A DNA stretch of 32,000 bases, from the NCBI RefSeq assembly GCF_001457615.1, contig NZ_LN831024.1, positions 4,710,001-4,742,000 on the forward strand, read 5' to 3'. The notes under the pieces are model-generated. The model searched no databases. It saw only the letters and a program-made list of their open reading frames with translations, and was not told the DNA's origin. Shown piece after piece: positions 12,038 to 20,315 of this stretch. Source of the DNA: Pseudomonas aeruginosa (lineage in GTDB: Bacteria; Pseudomonadota; Gammaproteobacteria; Pseudomonadales; Pseudomonadaceae). Made by a program: the position numbers and the translations under genes. The number at the start of each line of letters is the position of its first letter. The stretch's first letter is position 1.

Positions 12038-12311
12038 GGTAATTTTGGTAATTCGTTTTCAGAACTGCCATTTCATCCTTTAAATTCAATAGCTTACAGA
12101 AGCTTTTTAAAGGTAATAATAGGGTAATTTTGAGGTAATCGAATTACCTTTGTGCTGGGTAAGCTCGCCGATTTATGAACCCCTTATAAATCAATGGCTT
12201 ACAAAAAAATTACCTTTCCAATTACCCTAAATTACCTTTCAAGGTAATTGCTGAAAGCCAGTAACCACGCGGCATACAGCCCGCTTAGAACCCCAAATTA
12301 CCGAAATTACC
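12038..12311. repeat. Cluster of GGTAATT / AATTACC heptamers in both orientations, in an AT-rich prophage terminus
   Basis: ggtaatt at 12038, 12047, 12123, 12243; aattacc at 12142, 12209, 12220, 12230, 12296, 12305; near matches at 12112 and 12134. Also a partial direct repeat: aaattCAATaGCTTACA (about 12082) and aaatCAATgGCTTACA (about 12188). Confidence 0.8.
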
Positions 12312-12491
12312 TTTTTCCGAGGGGTCAACAGAAAAACGCCCCCAGGAAGGCCCCTTGCCGCCCTCAGAAAAGGGCCTCTGGTGCAGGGATTCGCAGGGAT
12401 TTCCGAGTTCGGAAATCGGAAGGTAGCGCCCAGCCTGGGCCGTTGGCGGCGCTGTGCAGAAGTGCAGAAAAAGAGGTCTATTTAGAGCGGA

Positions 12492-12510
12492 GGCGTGGCG
12501 GGGGGACGAC
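12492..12510 (+). other. Candidate cos (cohesive end) site of the phage
   Basis: GGCGTGGCGGGGGGACGAC aligns at 14/19 positions with the P2 19-nt cohesive end GGCGAGGCGGGGAAAGCAC (recalled from memory), in the expected region upstream of portal gene Q. Confidence 0.5.
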
Positions 12511-12645
12511 TGCGCGCGCCGAGCGGAATTGCGCAAAAACCATTCATTTTTCCTTTAAAATGGCATTTCTCGATAGAGAAAGCTGATTGGCGCCAACCGG
12601 TGGTTGTAGGCGAGATTTGAGCTGTGATGGGTGACAGGAGGTCCC

Positions 12646-13371
12646 ATGCCGTTAAGCGCTGAGGAGCAGGCAATTTGCGATGGCGCCATCGCGTTCGCCA
12701 GAGCGAACAAGAAGTCCATTGCAAAGCGGCTAACAAGCCCCCAGATATATGCTCGAGAGGAAAACCCCGTGTCAGTTTTCATGGCCGGGTCCCCTGGAGC
12801 AGGCAAGACAGAAGCCTCGATCGAACTCCTGTCTCAGTTCGACGAGATCGGGTCAAAGGTTCTACGGATCGATCCAGACGAATTGCGGTCTGAGTTCGAA
12901 GGGTACACGGGAGGGAATTCCTGGCTGTTCCAACCTGCCGTCTCTATTTTGGTAGAGAAGATTCATGATTTGGCCCTGGATCAGCGACAGTCATTTCTCT
13001 TGGACGGCACGCTAGCCAACTACGAGATAGCAGAGCGGAACATCCAGCGATCCTTGCGCAAGGGCAGGACTGTGCTAATCCTGTACGTGTACCAGCGGCC
13101 TGACCTTGCATGGGAATTTGTCCAAGCTCGAGAGCGAGTAGAGGGAAGAAAAATCCCGATCGAAGAGTTTGTGAGACAGTATTTCGCGGCGAGAGACGTC
13201 GTGAATCGGCTCAAGCAACGCTTCGGAGGGTCGATAGAGGTGGATCTGCTGCTGAAAAACAACGACGGATCCCACCGTGTTTACGAGGCGAACATAGACC
13301 GGATTGACAGCCATGTCCCCGAAACCTATGATCGCGCGTCCCTTGAGCAGATGCTTTTACAGCGAGGCTAA
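12646..13371 (+). CDS. Zeta-toxin-family P-loop kinase, 241 aa, prophage cargo
   Basis: Walker A VFMAGSPGAGKTEASIELL; RIDPDELRSEFEGYTGGNSWLFQPAVSILVEKI; FLLDGTLANYEIAERNIQRSLRKG; LILYVYQRPDLAWEFVQARE. RBS aggagg precedes the ATG. Confidence 0.82.
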   Translation: MPLSAEEQAICDGAIAFARANKKSIAKRLTSPQIYAREENPVSVFMAGSPGAGKTEASIELLSQFDEIGSKVLRIDPDELRSEFEGYTGGNSWLFQPAVSILVEKIHDLALDQRQSFLLDGTLANYEIAERNIQRSLRKGRTVLILYVYQRPDLAWEFVQARERVEGRKIPIEEFVRQYFAARDVVNRLKQRFGGSIEVDLLLKNNDGSHRVYEANIDRIDSHVPETYDRASLEQMLLQRG

Positions 13372-13379
13372 GGATTGAA

Positions 13380-13538
13380 ATGAGCATTTTTACAGTGAAA
13401 AAGCCGGGCACAACCACGAAATTCTCTGAATTCGTTCGTAACGCGTCTTCCGAAGAGAAGAAGCGTGTATACAAAGTCGTGATGAAGAAATCCACCGAGC
13501 GCCAATGCAAGGTGCTAGCAGCAGCTGCTGCAGGCTGA
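13380..13538 (+). CDS. Small 52-aa protein immediately downstream of the zeta-like gene (not in the ORF track)
   Basis: Manual translation: MSIFTVKKPGTTTKFSEFVRNASSEEKKRVYKVVMKKSTERQCKVLAAAAAG*. Starts 9 nt after the zeta stop codon, with an aaggatt RBS-like sequence, and is followed by a strong terminator. Confidence 0.65.
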   Translation: MSIFTVKKPGTTTKFSEFVRNASSEEKKRVYKVVMKKSTERQCKVLAAAAAG

Positions 13539-13553
13539 ACTCAAAGAGATTCG

Positions 13554-13585
13554 AAAAAGCCCTCATCAAGTGAGGGCTTTTTTTT
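13554..13585 (+). terminator. Rho-independent terminator of the zeta/small-ORF operon
   Basis: aaaaAGCCCTCatcaagtGAGGGCTttttttt: 7-bp GC-rich stem with a T8 tract. Confidence 0.92.
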
Positions 13586-13608
13586 GCCTCGCGCAAAAGC
13601 TCGGTAGA

Positions 13609-14663
13609 TCAACGGAGCGAAGGCAGGCCCAAGGCAGTGAACCTCACAACCTCCTCCCCGATCAGCTCATTGACCTGCTGCAGGCGCGCCTGCATTGGCT
13701 CCAGTTCCAGGCTGGCCCAGACCACTGCCGCGTCGCTGATGGATCCGAACCCACCGGCGTTCTGCGGCACCACCCCATCAGCTGCGGATAGACCCGTAGG
13801 CCGGCGAGCTGGTCGTCGCGGCTGATGTTCTTGATCGAGCCGAACTCGTCCTTGGCCGCCACCTCGCTGACCGGGATCAGTTGGATCCCCTCCTTCTTCC
13901 CGTTCGGCGCGTAGACGAACAGGTTGCGGAAATTGCCAGGCCCCTTCGCAGTCTTCAGCGCCGTGCGCAGCGCGTCGATGTCTTCCTCATTCTGTGCGGC
14001 GTCGGTCATGTAGAGGATGAAGCCGGCGTGGCTCCCGTTGTTGTAGTACTTACGCCGGAACAGCGTGGCCGACTCGTTCAGCAAGGCGCTCTGCAAAGCG
14101 CAATACCACTCCGGTACCCCGTAGATTTCTTGGCTGATGTCGGCCTCGCGCAGCTGGATCACGCTGCCCTTCTCGAATTCGTGCTCATCCTTCCAACTGC
14201 GCACCTGGTAGAACGTCTCCAGATCGGTGCCGCGGCGCATGTACTTGGCCAGCGGCGCCTGCAGCGGCATCCGCGTACCCAGGCGAGAACGAGGCTGCTC
14301 GAGGTAGGCCGAGCCGAATGTCAGCCAGTCCAGGGAGAACTGCTCGAACGTCGCCCGGCTGAGCAGGCGGTGCGGGATGAAGGTCTTGGCCAGCATGTTG
14401 CGCTTGAACTTCAGACCCGACTGCAGGTAAACGCTCGACCCCACCGCCTTGGCCAGCCCCTCCATGGACAGCGGCGGCTCGTACCACCGCCCGTTCGACC
14501 AGCACTCGAGATAGTCGAGGATGCCCCGGCCGTCGAGCACTGGCATCGGGTCACCGAAGGTGAAGGCCTCGGCACGGCCGCCCTGGCGCGGGATGAACTC
14601 GCCTTCCTGGGCGGACTGGACTGTAACCGGCTGCTGGCGGCGGTGGCTGCGACGTTTGCTCAT
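13609..14663 (-). pseudogene. Q: P2 gpQ-like portal protein, frameshifted near its C-terminus
   Basis: The 333-aa ORF is portal-like until QLMG, then shifts frame. Adding one base at 13773-13776 restores QLMGVVPQNAGGFGSISDAAVVWASLELEPMQARLQQVNELIGEEVVRFTALGLPSLR*, ending at 13609. Confidence 0.85.
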
Positions 14664-16423
14664 CAGAAAATCTCCATGCGCCCGGTATTCGCGGGGGTCT
14701 GCCCCTCGAGCGGCTCGTTCTGCAATGCGTGGAATAGCGCCCAGGCCAGATCGGCGTGGCCGGTGTTGTCGTTGCGGCCGGCGGTATAGGTGAACTGGCG
14801 CCCACCGGCCGTGATGGTCTTGCGGATAGCCATCAGCGCCTGGGCCAGGTCGGTCCAGCCGGCGTCGAATTCGAGGCGGCCGTTCTTGATCACCGACCAG
14901 GCCTTCATGACCAACTGCGTCTTCACCTCGGGCGAGTAGCTGAAGGTGCGCACCCCCGGGAAGAACTGGCGCACCAACTGCGCGACGCCAGACCCCATGC
15001 CGGTGGTGTCGACGCCGATGTAGGTGACCCAGTAGCGCTGGGTCACCTTGCGGATGAACTCGGCCTGCTCGGCGAAGTCCTTGCCGCGGAACTGATGGCG
15101 CTCCAGCACGCGGAACTTGCCGCCCGGTACCGCCGGCGGCGCCACCACCACCAGACCCGCGGTGTCGCCCGTCTCGGCGGGGTCATAGCCCAGCCACACC
15201 TGGCGATCACCGAACGGCCGCAGCGCGAACGGCTTGTAGTCCTCCGACCACAGATCCCAGCTATCGACCATGCACGGCTGCAGCATGGTCAGCGGGAAAA
15301 TGCTCGCGCCGTCGTCGACGAACTGGCACATCAGCAGGTTCTGGAAAGCCTCGGCGTCATACTCGAGACGCAGCTCGTCGATGTCGAACAGGTCGCAGCC
15401 ACGGGCCTCGGCATCGAGGATCGTGACGATCTGGCGCCAGATGCGGTCCTCGCACAGTCGCCCTTGCTGCAGGGCGTCATGACTTACGTCGATCTTGATG
15501 CGATCGGCGGCCGGCTTGCCCTTGTTGAAGCGCTCGCCAGTCCAGAATGTGTAGGCCTCATGCGCCATCGAGCTGGGCGTCGAGAAATAGGTCCGCCGGT
15601 AGCGCTTCTGCATCGCCATACCGCTGGCGACCTTGTTCAGCTCCTTGAACTTGAACGTCCAGAAGAACTCGTCGAAGTAGAAGTTACCGTGGTAGCCCTG
15701 GGCAGTCCGCGCGTTGGTACCGAGGAAGTGCAGTTCCGCACCGTTCGGCAGGATGATCGGGTCGCCCTTCAGTTCGACACCTACCGCATCGCGCGCGAAG
15801 GCCTGGATATACGCCTTGAAGATGTGCGCTTGGGCCTTGCTGGCCGACAGGAATATCTGGTTGCGCCCCGTTTCCAGCGCGTCGATCAGCGCCTCGCGGG
15901 CGAAGTAGAACGTGGCGCCGATCTGTCGCGACTTGAGAATCACGCGGGTTCGCTGATTACCCGCGCGGTACCAGTCTTTCTGGTAGTCGAAGCAACCGTC
16001 GAGGAAGGCCTCGACCAGTTTCTCGGTCAGTTCCTCGCTGATGTCGTTGCGCTTCGGTTTGCGCTTGGGACCTTCGTTACGCTTGGCAAGCTCGGGGTTC
16101 AGGTCGGTTTCCGTACCACCGCCCTGGTAGCGCTGGATCCGCGCCTGGCGCTCAAGCTGCCGATGCAGCAGGTCGATTTCCTTGTAGTCACCGCCGGTCT
16201 TCCCGTCCTTCAGGATCAACTGAACCAACCGGGCTTCCAGGGCGCCCCCGATCCGTTCTACGCTGTCTGCCCGGTCCCATCCGTCGCGGTCCTTCCATGA
16301 GTGAAGGGTCTTGTCCTTCTCGCCCAGGTGGTCGGCGATGTCGCAGACACGCCAGCCCATCCAGTACAGGAATTTGGCCTGGCGGCGATTGTCACGGATG
16401 GGAATTTCGACGGCAGCGTTCAT
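14663..16423 (-). CDS. P: Terminase large subunit/ATPase (P2 gpP-like)
   Basis: HTH-like N-terminus, then TRVILKSRQIGATFYFAREALIDAL, FYFDEFFWTFKFKEL and GYDPAETGDTAGLVVVAPP. ATG at 16423 (alternative 16444). Confidence 0.92.
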   Translation of the reverse strand: MNAAVEIPIRDNRRQAKFLYWMGWRVCDIADHLGEKDKTLHSWKDRDGWDRADSVERIGGALEARLVQLILKDGKTGGDYKEIDLLHRQLERQARIQRYQGGGTETDLNPELAKRNEGPKRKPKRNDISEELTEKLVEAFLDGCFDYQKDWYRAGNQRTRVILKSRQIGATFYFAREALIDALETGRNQIFLSASKAQAHIFKAYIQAFARDAVGVELKGDPIILPNGAELHFLGTNARTAQGYHGNFYFDEFFWTFKFKELNKVASGMAMQKRYRRTYFSTPSSMAHEAYTFWTGERFNKGKPAADRIKIDVSHDALQQGRLCEDRIWRQIVTILDAEARGCDLFDIDELRLEYDAEAFQNLLMCQFVDDGASIFPLTMLQPCMVDSWDLWSEDYKPFALRPFGDRQVWLGYDPAETGDTAGLVVVAPPAVPGGKFRVLERHQFRGKDFAEQAEFIRKVTQRYWVTYIGVDTTGMGSGVAQLVRQFFPGVRTFSYSPEVKTQLVMKAWSVIKNGRLEFDAGWTDLAQALMAIRKTITAGGRQFTYTAGRNDNTGHADLAWALFHALQNEPLEGQTPANTGRMEIF

Positions 16424-16469
16424 GGCGCAGATGCTGCCGCCCACCCTCGCCCCTCAGTAGCGCCGCCCC

Positions 16470-16490
16470 TTGTAGCTCCGCGCTCTACAA
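16470..16490. promoter_or_regulatory. Late-promoter activator (Ogr/Delta-type) candidate site, P/O divergent promoter
   Basis: TTGTAG-ctccgcgct-CTACAA dyad in the P-O divergent intergenic region. Same layout as the sites at 23467 and 28633. Confidence 0.65.
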
Positions 16491-16578
16491 TCCCGCTTGA
16501 TTGCTGGGCCGCGCGCGCGTCCCGAACATGCCCCTCATTGCCATGCACCCCGCATCAGCCGCATTGAGGACTCCCGGC

Positions 16579-17400
16579 ATGAAGAAATTCCGCAGCAAAT
16601 GGTTCCGCATCGCCGTCGAAGGGGCGACCACGGACGGCCGCAACATCGAGCGCGACTGGATCGAGCAGATGGCCGCGCAGTACGACCCGAACACCTACGG
16701 CGCGCGGATCAACTGCGAGCACATCAAGTGGGCATGGCCGGCTGGTGAGTTCGGCGCCTATGGCGACGTGCTGGCGTGCAAGGCGGAAGAGATCGACATC
16801 AACGGGCAGAAGAAGCTCGCCCTCTTCGCCCAACTGGAGCCCAACCAGGCGCTGCTGGAACTGAACAAGCAGCGGCAGAAGGTCTACACCTCGGTCGAGA
16901 TCGATCCCAAGTTCGCCGACACCGGCAAGGCCTACTTGGTCGGCCTGGCCATCACCGACTCACCCGCCAGCCTGGGCACCGAGGCGCTGTCTTTCAGCGC
17001 CAAGAACGGGACCCTCGCCAGCCGCAAGACCAACCCCGACACCCTGTTCAGCGCTGCCGAAGAGGGCACCCTCGAGTTCGAGGAATACGAGGACAAGCCC
17101 TCGGTCGGCGCAGCGCTGTTCACCAAGGTCAAGGAACTGCTCAAGGGCAAGGAAGCCCGCACCCAAGCCGAGTTCGGCCAGGTCGGCGAGGCCGTCGAAG
17201 CGATCGCCGAGCACAGTCGCGACCTGGGTGAGCAACTCGGCGAGCAGAAGAAGCAGACCCAGCAACTGGCCAGCCAGCTGGACAAGGTCACCAAGGAACT
17301 GGAGGACCTCAAGAGCACCCTCGATAGCACCCGGGACCACAGCCAACAGCAGCGGCCCCCGGTCACCGGTGGCGGCAGTGTCGCCCTGACCGACTGCTAA
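16579..17400 (+). CDS. O: Capsid scaffolding protein/protease (P2 gpO-like)
   Basis: MKKFRSKWFRIAVEGATTDGRNIERDWIEQMAAQYDPNTYGARINCEHIKW; acidic/coiled C-terminus. Confidence 0.92.
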   Translation: MKKFRSKWFRIAVEGATTDGRNIERDWIEQMAAQYDPNTYGARINCEHIKWAWPAGEFGAYGDVLACKAEEIDINGQKKLALFAQLEPNQALLELNKQRQKVYTSVEIDPKFADTGKAYLVGLAITDSPASLGTEALSFSAKNGTLASRKTNPDTLFSAAEEGTLEFEEYEDKPSVGAALFTKVKELLKGKEARTQAEFGQVGEAVEAIAEHSRDLGEQLGEQKKQTQQLASQLDKVTKELEDLKSTLDSTRDHSQQQRPPVTGGGSVALTDC

Positions 17401-17435
17401 CCGTCCCCCGCCCCGGTATCCAAAGGAAAAGCACC

Positions 17436-18452
17436 ATGCGCAACGAAACCCGCAAACAGTTCGACGCCTACCTGGCGCAGCTCGCCAAGCTCAACGGCGT
17501 GAACTCCGCCGTCCAGACCTTCGCCGTCGAGCCGAGTGTCCAGCAGAAGCTGGAGCAACGTATTCAGGAGTCCAGCGAGTTCCTGAAGCAGATCAACGTC
17601 TACGGCGTCGACGAGCTGCAAGGCGAGAAGATCGGCATCGGCGTCAGCGGCACCATCGCCAGCCGTACCGATACCACCGGCGACGGTGTACGCAAGCCGC
17701 GTGACGTGTCCGCGCTCGACAACCAGCGCTACGAGTGCAAGCACACCGATTTCGACACCGCCATCACCTACGCCATGCTCGACGCCTGGGCCAAGTTCCC
17801 GGAGTTCCAGGCCCTGCTGCGCGACGCGATCCTCAAGCGCCAGGCCCTCGACCGCCTGATGATCGGCTTCAACGGTACCAGCGCCGCGGCTACCACCAAC
17901 CGCGCCGCCAACCCGCTGCTGCAGGACGTGAACATTGGCTGGTTCCAGCAGTACCGCAACAACGCTCCAGCACGGGTACTGAAGGACGGGAAGACCGCCG
18001 GCAAGGTGGTAGTCGGCAACGGCGCCGACGCCGACTACAAGAACCTCGACGCCCTGGTGTTCGACGTGGTCAGCAGCCTGATCGATCCCTGGCACCGCCG
18101 CGACCCGGGCCTGGTGGTGATCCTCGGCCGCGAGCTGGTCCACGACAAGTACTTCCCGATGGTGAACAAGGACCAGCCGGCAACCGAGAAGATCGCCACC
18201 GACCTCATCCTGTCGCAGAAGCGCATGGGCGGCCTGCCGCCGGTGGAAGTGCCCTACGTGCCCGAGAAGGGCCTCATGGTCACCACCCTGAAGAACCTGT
18301 CGCTCTACTGGCAGATCGGCGGTCGCCGCCGTTACCTGAAGGAGGTACCGGAGAAGAACCGCATCGAGAACTACGAGTCCAGCAACGACGCCTACGTCGT
18401 CGAGGACTACGGCCTCGGCTGCGTGGTCGAGAACATCGAAGTCGCGGAGTAG
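17436..18452 (+). CDS. N: Major capsid protein (P2 gpN-like)
   Basis: MRNETRKQFDAYLAQLAKLNGVNSAVQTFAVEPSVQQKLEQRIQESSEFLKQINVYGV. Confidence 0.93.
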   Translation: MRNETRKQFDAYLAQLAKLNGVNSAVQTFAVEPSVQQKLEQRIQESSEFLKQINVYGVDELQGEKIGIGVSGTIASRTDTTGDGVRKPRDVSALDNQRYECKHTDFDTAITYAMLDAWAKFPEFQALLRDAILKRQALDRLMIGFNGTSAAATTNRAANPLLQDVNIGWFQQYRNNAPARVLKDGKTAGKVVVGNGADADYKNLDALVFDVVSSLIDPWHRRDPGLVVILGRELVHDKYFPMVNKDQPATEKIATDLILSQKRMGGLPPVEVPYVPEKGLMVTTLKNLSLYWQIGGRRRYLKEVPEKNRIENYESSNDAYVVEDYGLGCVVENIEVAE

Positions 18453-18457
18453 ATGAC

Positions 18458-19159
18458 ATGGCCTTCAGTCCCGCCAAGGCGCACTTCCTGCGCGTGACCG
18501 CCGCTCAAGAGGCGGCGGCCACTGCCCCGCACCAGGGCATGGAAGGCGCGAACGCCTATGAGCTGCAGCTCGCCCAGCTGTATCAGGATCGCAGCCGCCT
18601 GAAGAACATCCAATCCGGCGAAGGCAAGGCAGCGCTCAAGGTCGAGCTGCTGCCGGCCTACCAGCCGTACATTTCCGGTGTGCTGCAGGCCGGCAAGGGC
18701 GCCCAGGACGAGGTGGTCACCACTGTCATGCTCTGGCGCATCGATGCCGGCGATTACGCCGGTGCCCTGGACATCGCCGACTACGTGCTCGCACACGACC
18801 TGGTCATGCCCGACCGCTTCGCGCGTACCTCCGGCTGCGTCATCGCCGAAGAGATCGCCGAGGCCGCGCTCAAGGCACAGAAGACCGGCGGCAGCTTCGA
18901 CCTTGCGACCTTGCATCGCACCCTCCTGCTCACCGACCAGGCCGACATGCCCGACGAAGCCCGCGCGAAGCTCTACCTCGCCGCCGGCCATGCCACCCTG
19001 GAAGGCCTTTCTGTGGAGAGCCCCGGGCAACCCGGGCAGGTGCAAGCCGGCATCGATCTGCTCAAGCGCGCGATCCAGCTGCACGACAAGTGCGGCGGGA
19101 AGAAGGATTTGGAGGCCGCCGAACGGCTCCAGAAGAAACTGACCGCCTCTGGCGGTTGA
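18458..19159 (+). CDS. M: Terminase small subunit/endonuclease (P2 gpM-like)
   Basis: MAFSPAKAHFLRVTAAQEAA... MLWRIDAGDYAGALDIADYVLAHDLVMPDRFARTSGCVIAEEIA. Confidence 0.9.
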   Translation: MAFSPAKAHFLRVTAAQEAAATAPHQGMEGANAYELQLAQLYQDRSRLKNIQSGEGKAALKVELLPAYQPYISGVLQAGKGAQDEVVTTVMLWRIDAGDYAGALDIADYVLAHDLVMPDRFARTSGCVIAEEIAEAALKAQKTGGSFDLATLHRTLLLTDQADMPDEARAKLYLAAGHATLEGLSVESPGQPGQVQAGIDLLKRAIQLHDKCGGKKDLEAAERLQKKLTASGG

Positions 19160-19262
19160 CCGAGCGTACCCCGCGCCCCGCCGGCTCGGGGCCGATCTGC
19201 CAGGTCCTCTCCTTCCTGAGCAGTGACGCCCCGACCACCGGCGACCTCAAGCGAGCAGCAGC

Positions 19263-19724
19263 ATGAGCGGATTCATCGCCAACGGCCCGGTCCCAGGCGG
19301 GCACATCAACAGCGATCCCTTCTGGCCCACCATAGAGCTCGAGCATGTGCGCGCGAACCTGCGCATCGACTCCAGCGTCGACCCGGCGCGCCTTGAAGTC
19401 GCGGTCATTGCCGCGGTGATCAGCGTCAACCGCGAGCTGCGGGCCTGGCGCCTTGAGAAGATCGCGGCCGGCTATGCCGAACTCGCCCAGGTGCCGTCCG
19501 ACAAGGTGCGGGACACCTCCGAACTGGTGCAGCTGTATCTGCGCGCAGTGCAGTCTGCCACCGCCGCCGAAGTGGCCGAGCGCTACCGCTGGTACGACAC
19601 CACCACCAGCGGCAACGACAAGGCCCAGGACATCGCAACCACCATCGACGACTACCGCCGCGACCAACGCTGGGCGATCCGCGACTTTCTCAAGCGTCCC
19701 CGCACGACGGTGGAGCTGATCTGA
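19263..19724 (+). CDS. L: Head completion/stabilisation protein (P2 gpL-like)
   Basis: MSGFIANGPVPG... FWPTIELEHVRANLRIDSSVDPARLEVAVIAAVISVNRELRAWR. Confidence 0.88.
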   Translation: MSGFIANGPVPGGHINSDPFWPTIELEHVRANLRIDSSVDPARLEVAVIAAVISVNRELRAWRLEKIAAGYAELAQVPSDKVRDTSELVQLYLRAVQSATAAEVAERYRWYDTTTSGNDKAQDIATTIDDYRRDQRWAIRDFLKRPRTTVELI

Positions 19725-19936
19725 TGGCCGCCGTCGCGATCGCCCACCAGAACGACACCGTCGAGGCGCTGTGCTGGCGGCACTACGGTCGCACCGCCGG
19801 CGTGACCGAGGCGGTCCTCGAGGCGAACCACGGCCTGGCCGACCACGGCCCCACCCTCCCCCCTGGCCTCAAGGTCACCATGCCGGACATTCCGACAGCC
19901 GCCCCGGAACGGCAGATGGTGAACCTATGGGACTGA
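19724..19936 (+). CDS. X: Tail protein X
   Basis: DTVEALCWRHYGRTAGVTEAVLEANHGLADHGPTLPPGLKVTMPD. Confidence 0.92.
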   Translation: MAAVAIAHQNDTVEALCWRHYGRTAGVTEAVLEANHGLADHGPTLPPGLKVTMPDIPTAAPERQMVNLWD

Positions 19937-19960
19937 CCACTTTGCAAGGAACCACCCCGC

Positions 19961-20314
19961 ATGGCTGACCTCACCACCACCGCCACGGCCGGCGCCATCA
20001 TGGGCCTCGGCCTGGGCGTAACCCTTCCGGTTGACGGCGGCATGCTGTTCGGCGCACTGCTCGGCGCCTGGCTGGCCACCGGCACGAAGCAGGACCTGAA
20101 GGCCTGGTCGCGCCTGCTGTCGCTGATCCTGCCGACCTGCGTCGGCTACCTGTTCGCCGATGTCGCCCTCGCCCGCGTGCCCTGGCTGACCAACCTGGCC
20201 TTCTCTGCCTTCGTCTGCGCCCTGGTGGTCATTCCTCTCAGCCTCAAGGCGGTCGCCTGGGTCGACAAGGTCGACTTCGACGACCTCTGGCGCCGCATCC
20301 GAGGAGGTCGCTGA
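19961..20314 (+). CDS. Putative holin/membrane protein of the lysis cassette
   Basis: Three hydrophobic segments in 117 aa; lysis-cassette position. Confidence 0.6.
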   Translation: MADLTTTATAGAIMGLGLGVTLPVDGGMLFGALLGAWLATGTKQDLKAWSRLLSLILPTCVGYLFADVALARVPWLTNLAFSAFVCALVVIPLSLKAVAWVDKVDFDDLWRRIRGGR

Positions 20315-20315
20315 C

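Noticed and set aside
11823-12089. Reverse ORF ending ...LERAKGIEPSS
   Set aside because: The RAKGIEPSS tail is the antisense translation of the tRNA T arm and acceptor end, a classic annotation artefact; the rest covers non-coding att DNA.
12285-12806. Several 80-95 aa reverse ORFs before and over the start of the zeta-like gene
   Set aside because: No motifs or convincing RBS; overlap the candidate cos region and the supported forward gene.
14756-16300. 514-aa forward ORF opposite the terminase gene
   Set aside because: Antisense artefact of the clearly recognisable gpP gene.
17397-18143. 248-aa reverse ORF opposite the capsid gene
   Set aside because: Shadow ORF; gpN on the forward strand explains the sequence.
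17735-18457. N-terminal extension of the 474-aa ORF containing gpM
   Set aside because: This part is out-of-frame translation of gpN; true gpM starts at ATG 18458 (MAFSPAKAHFLR).
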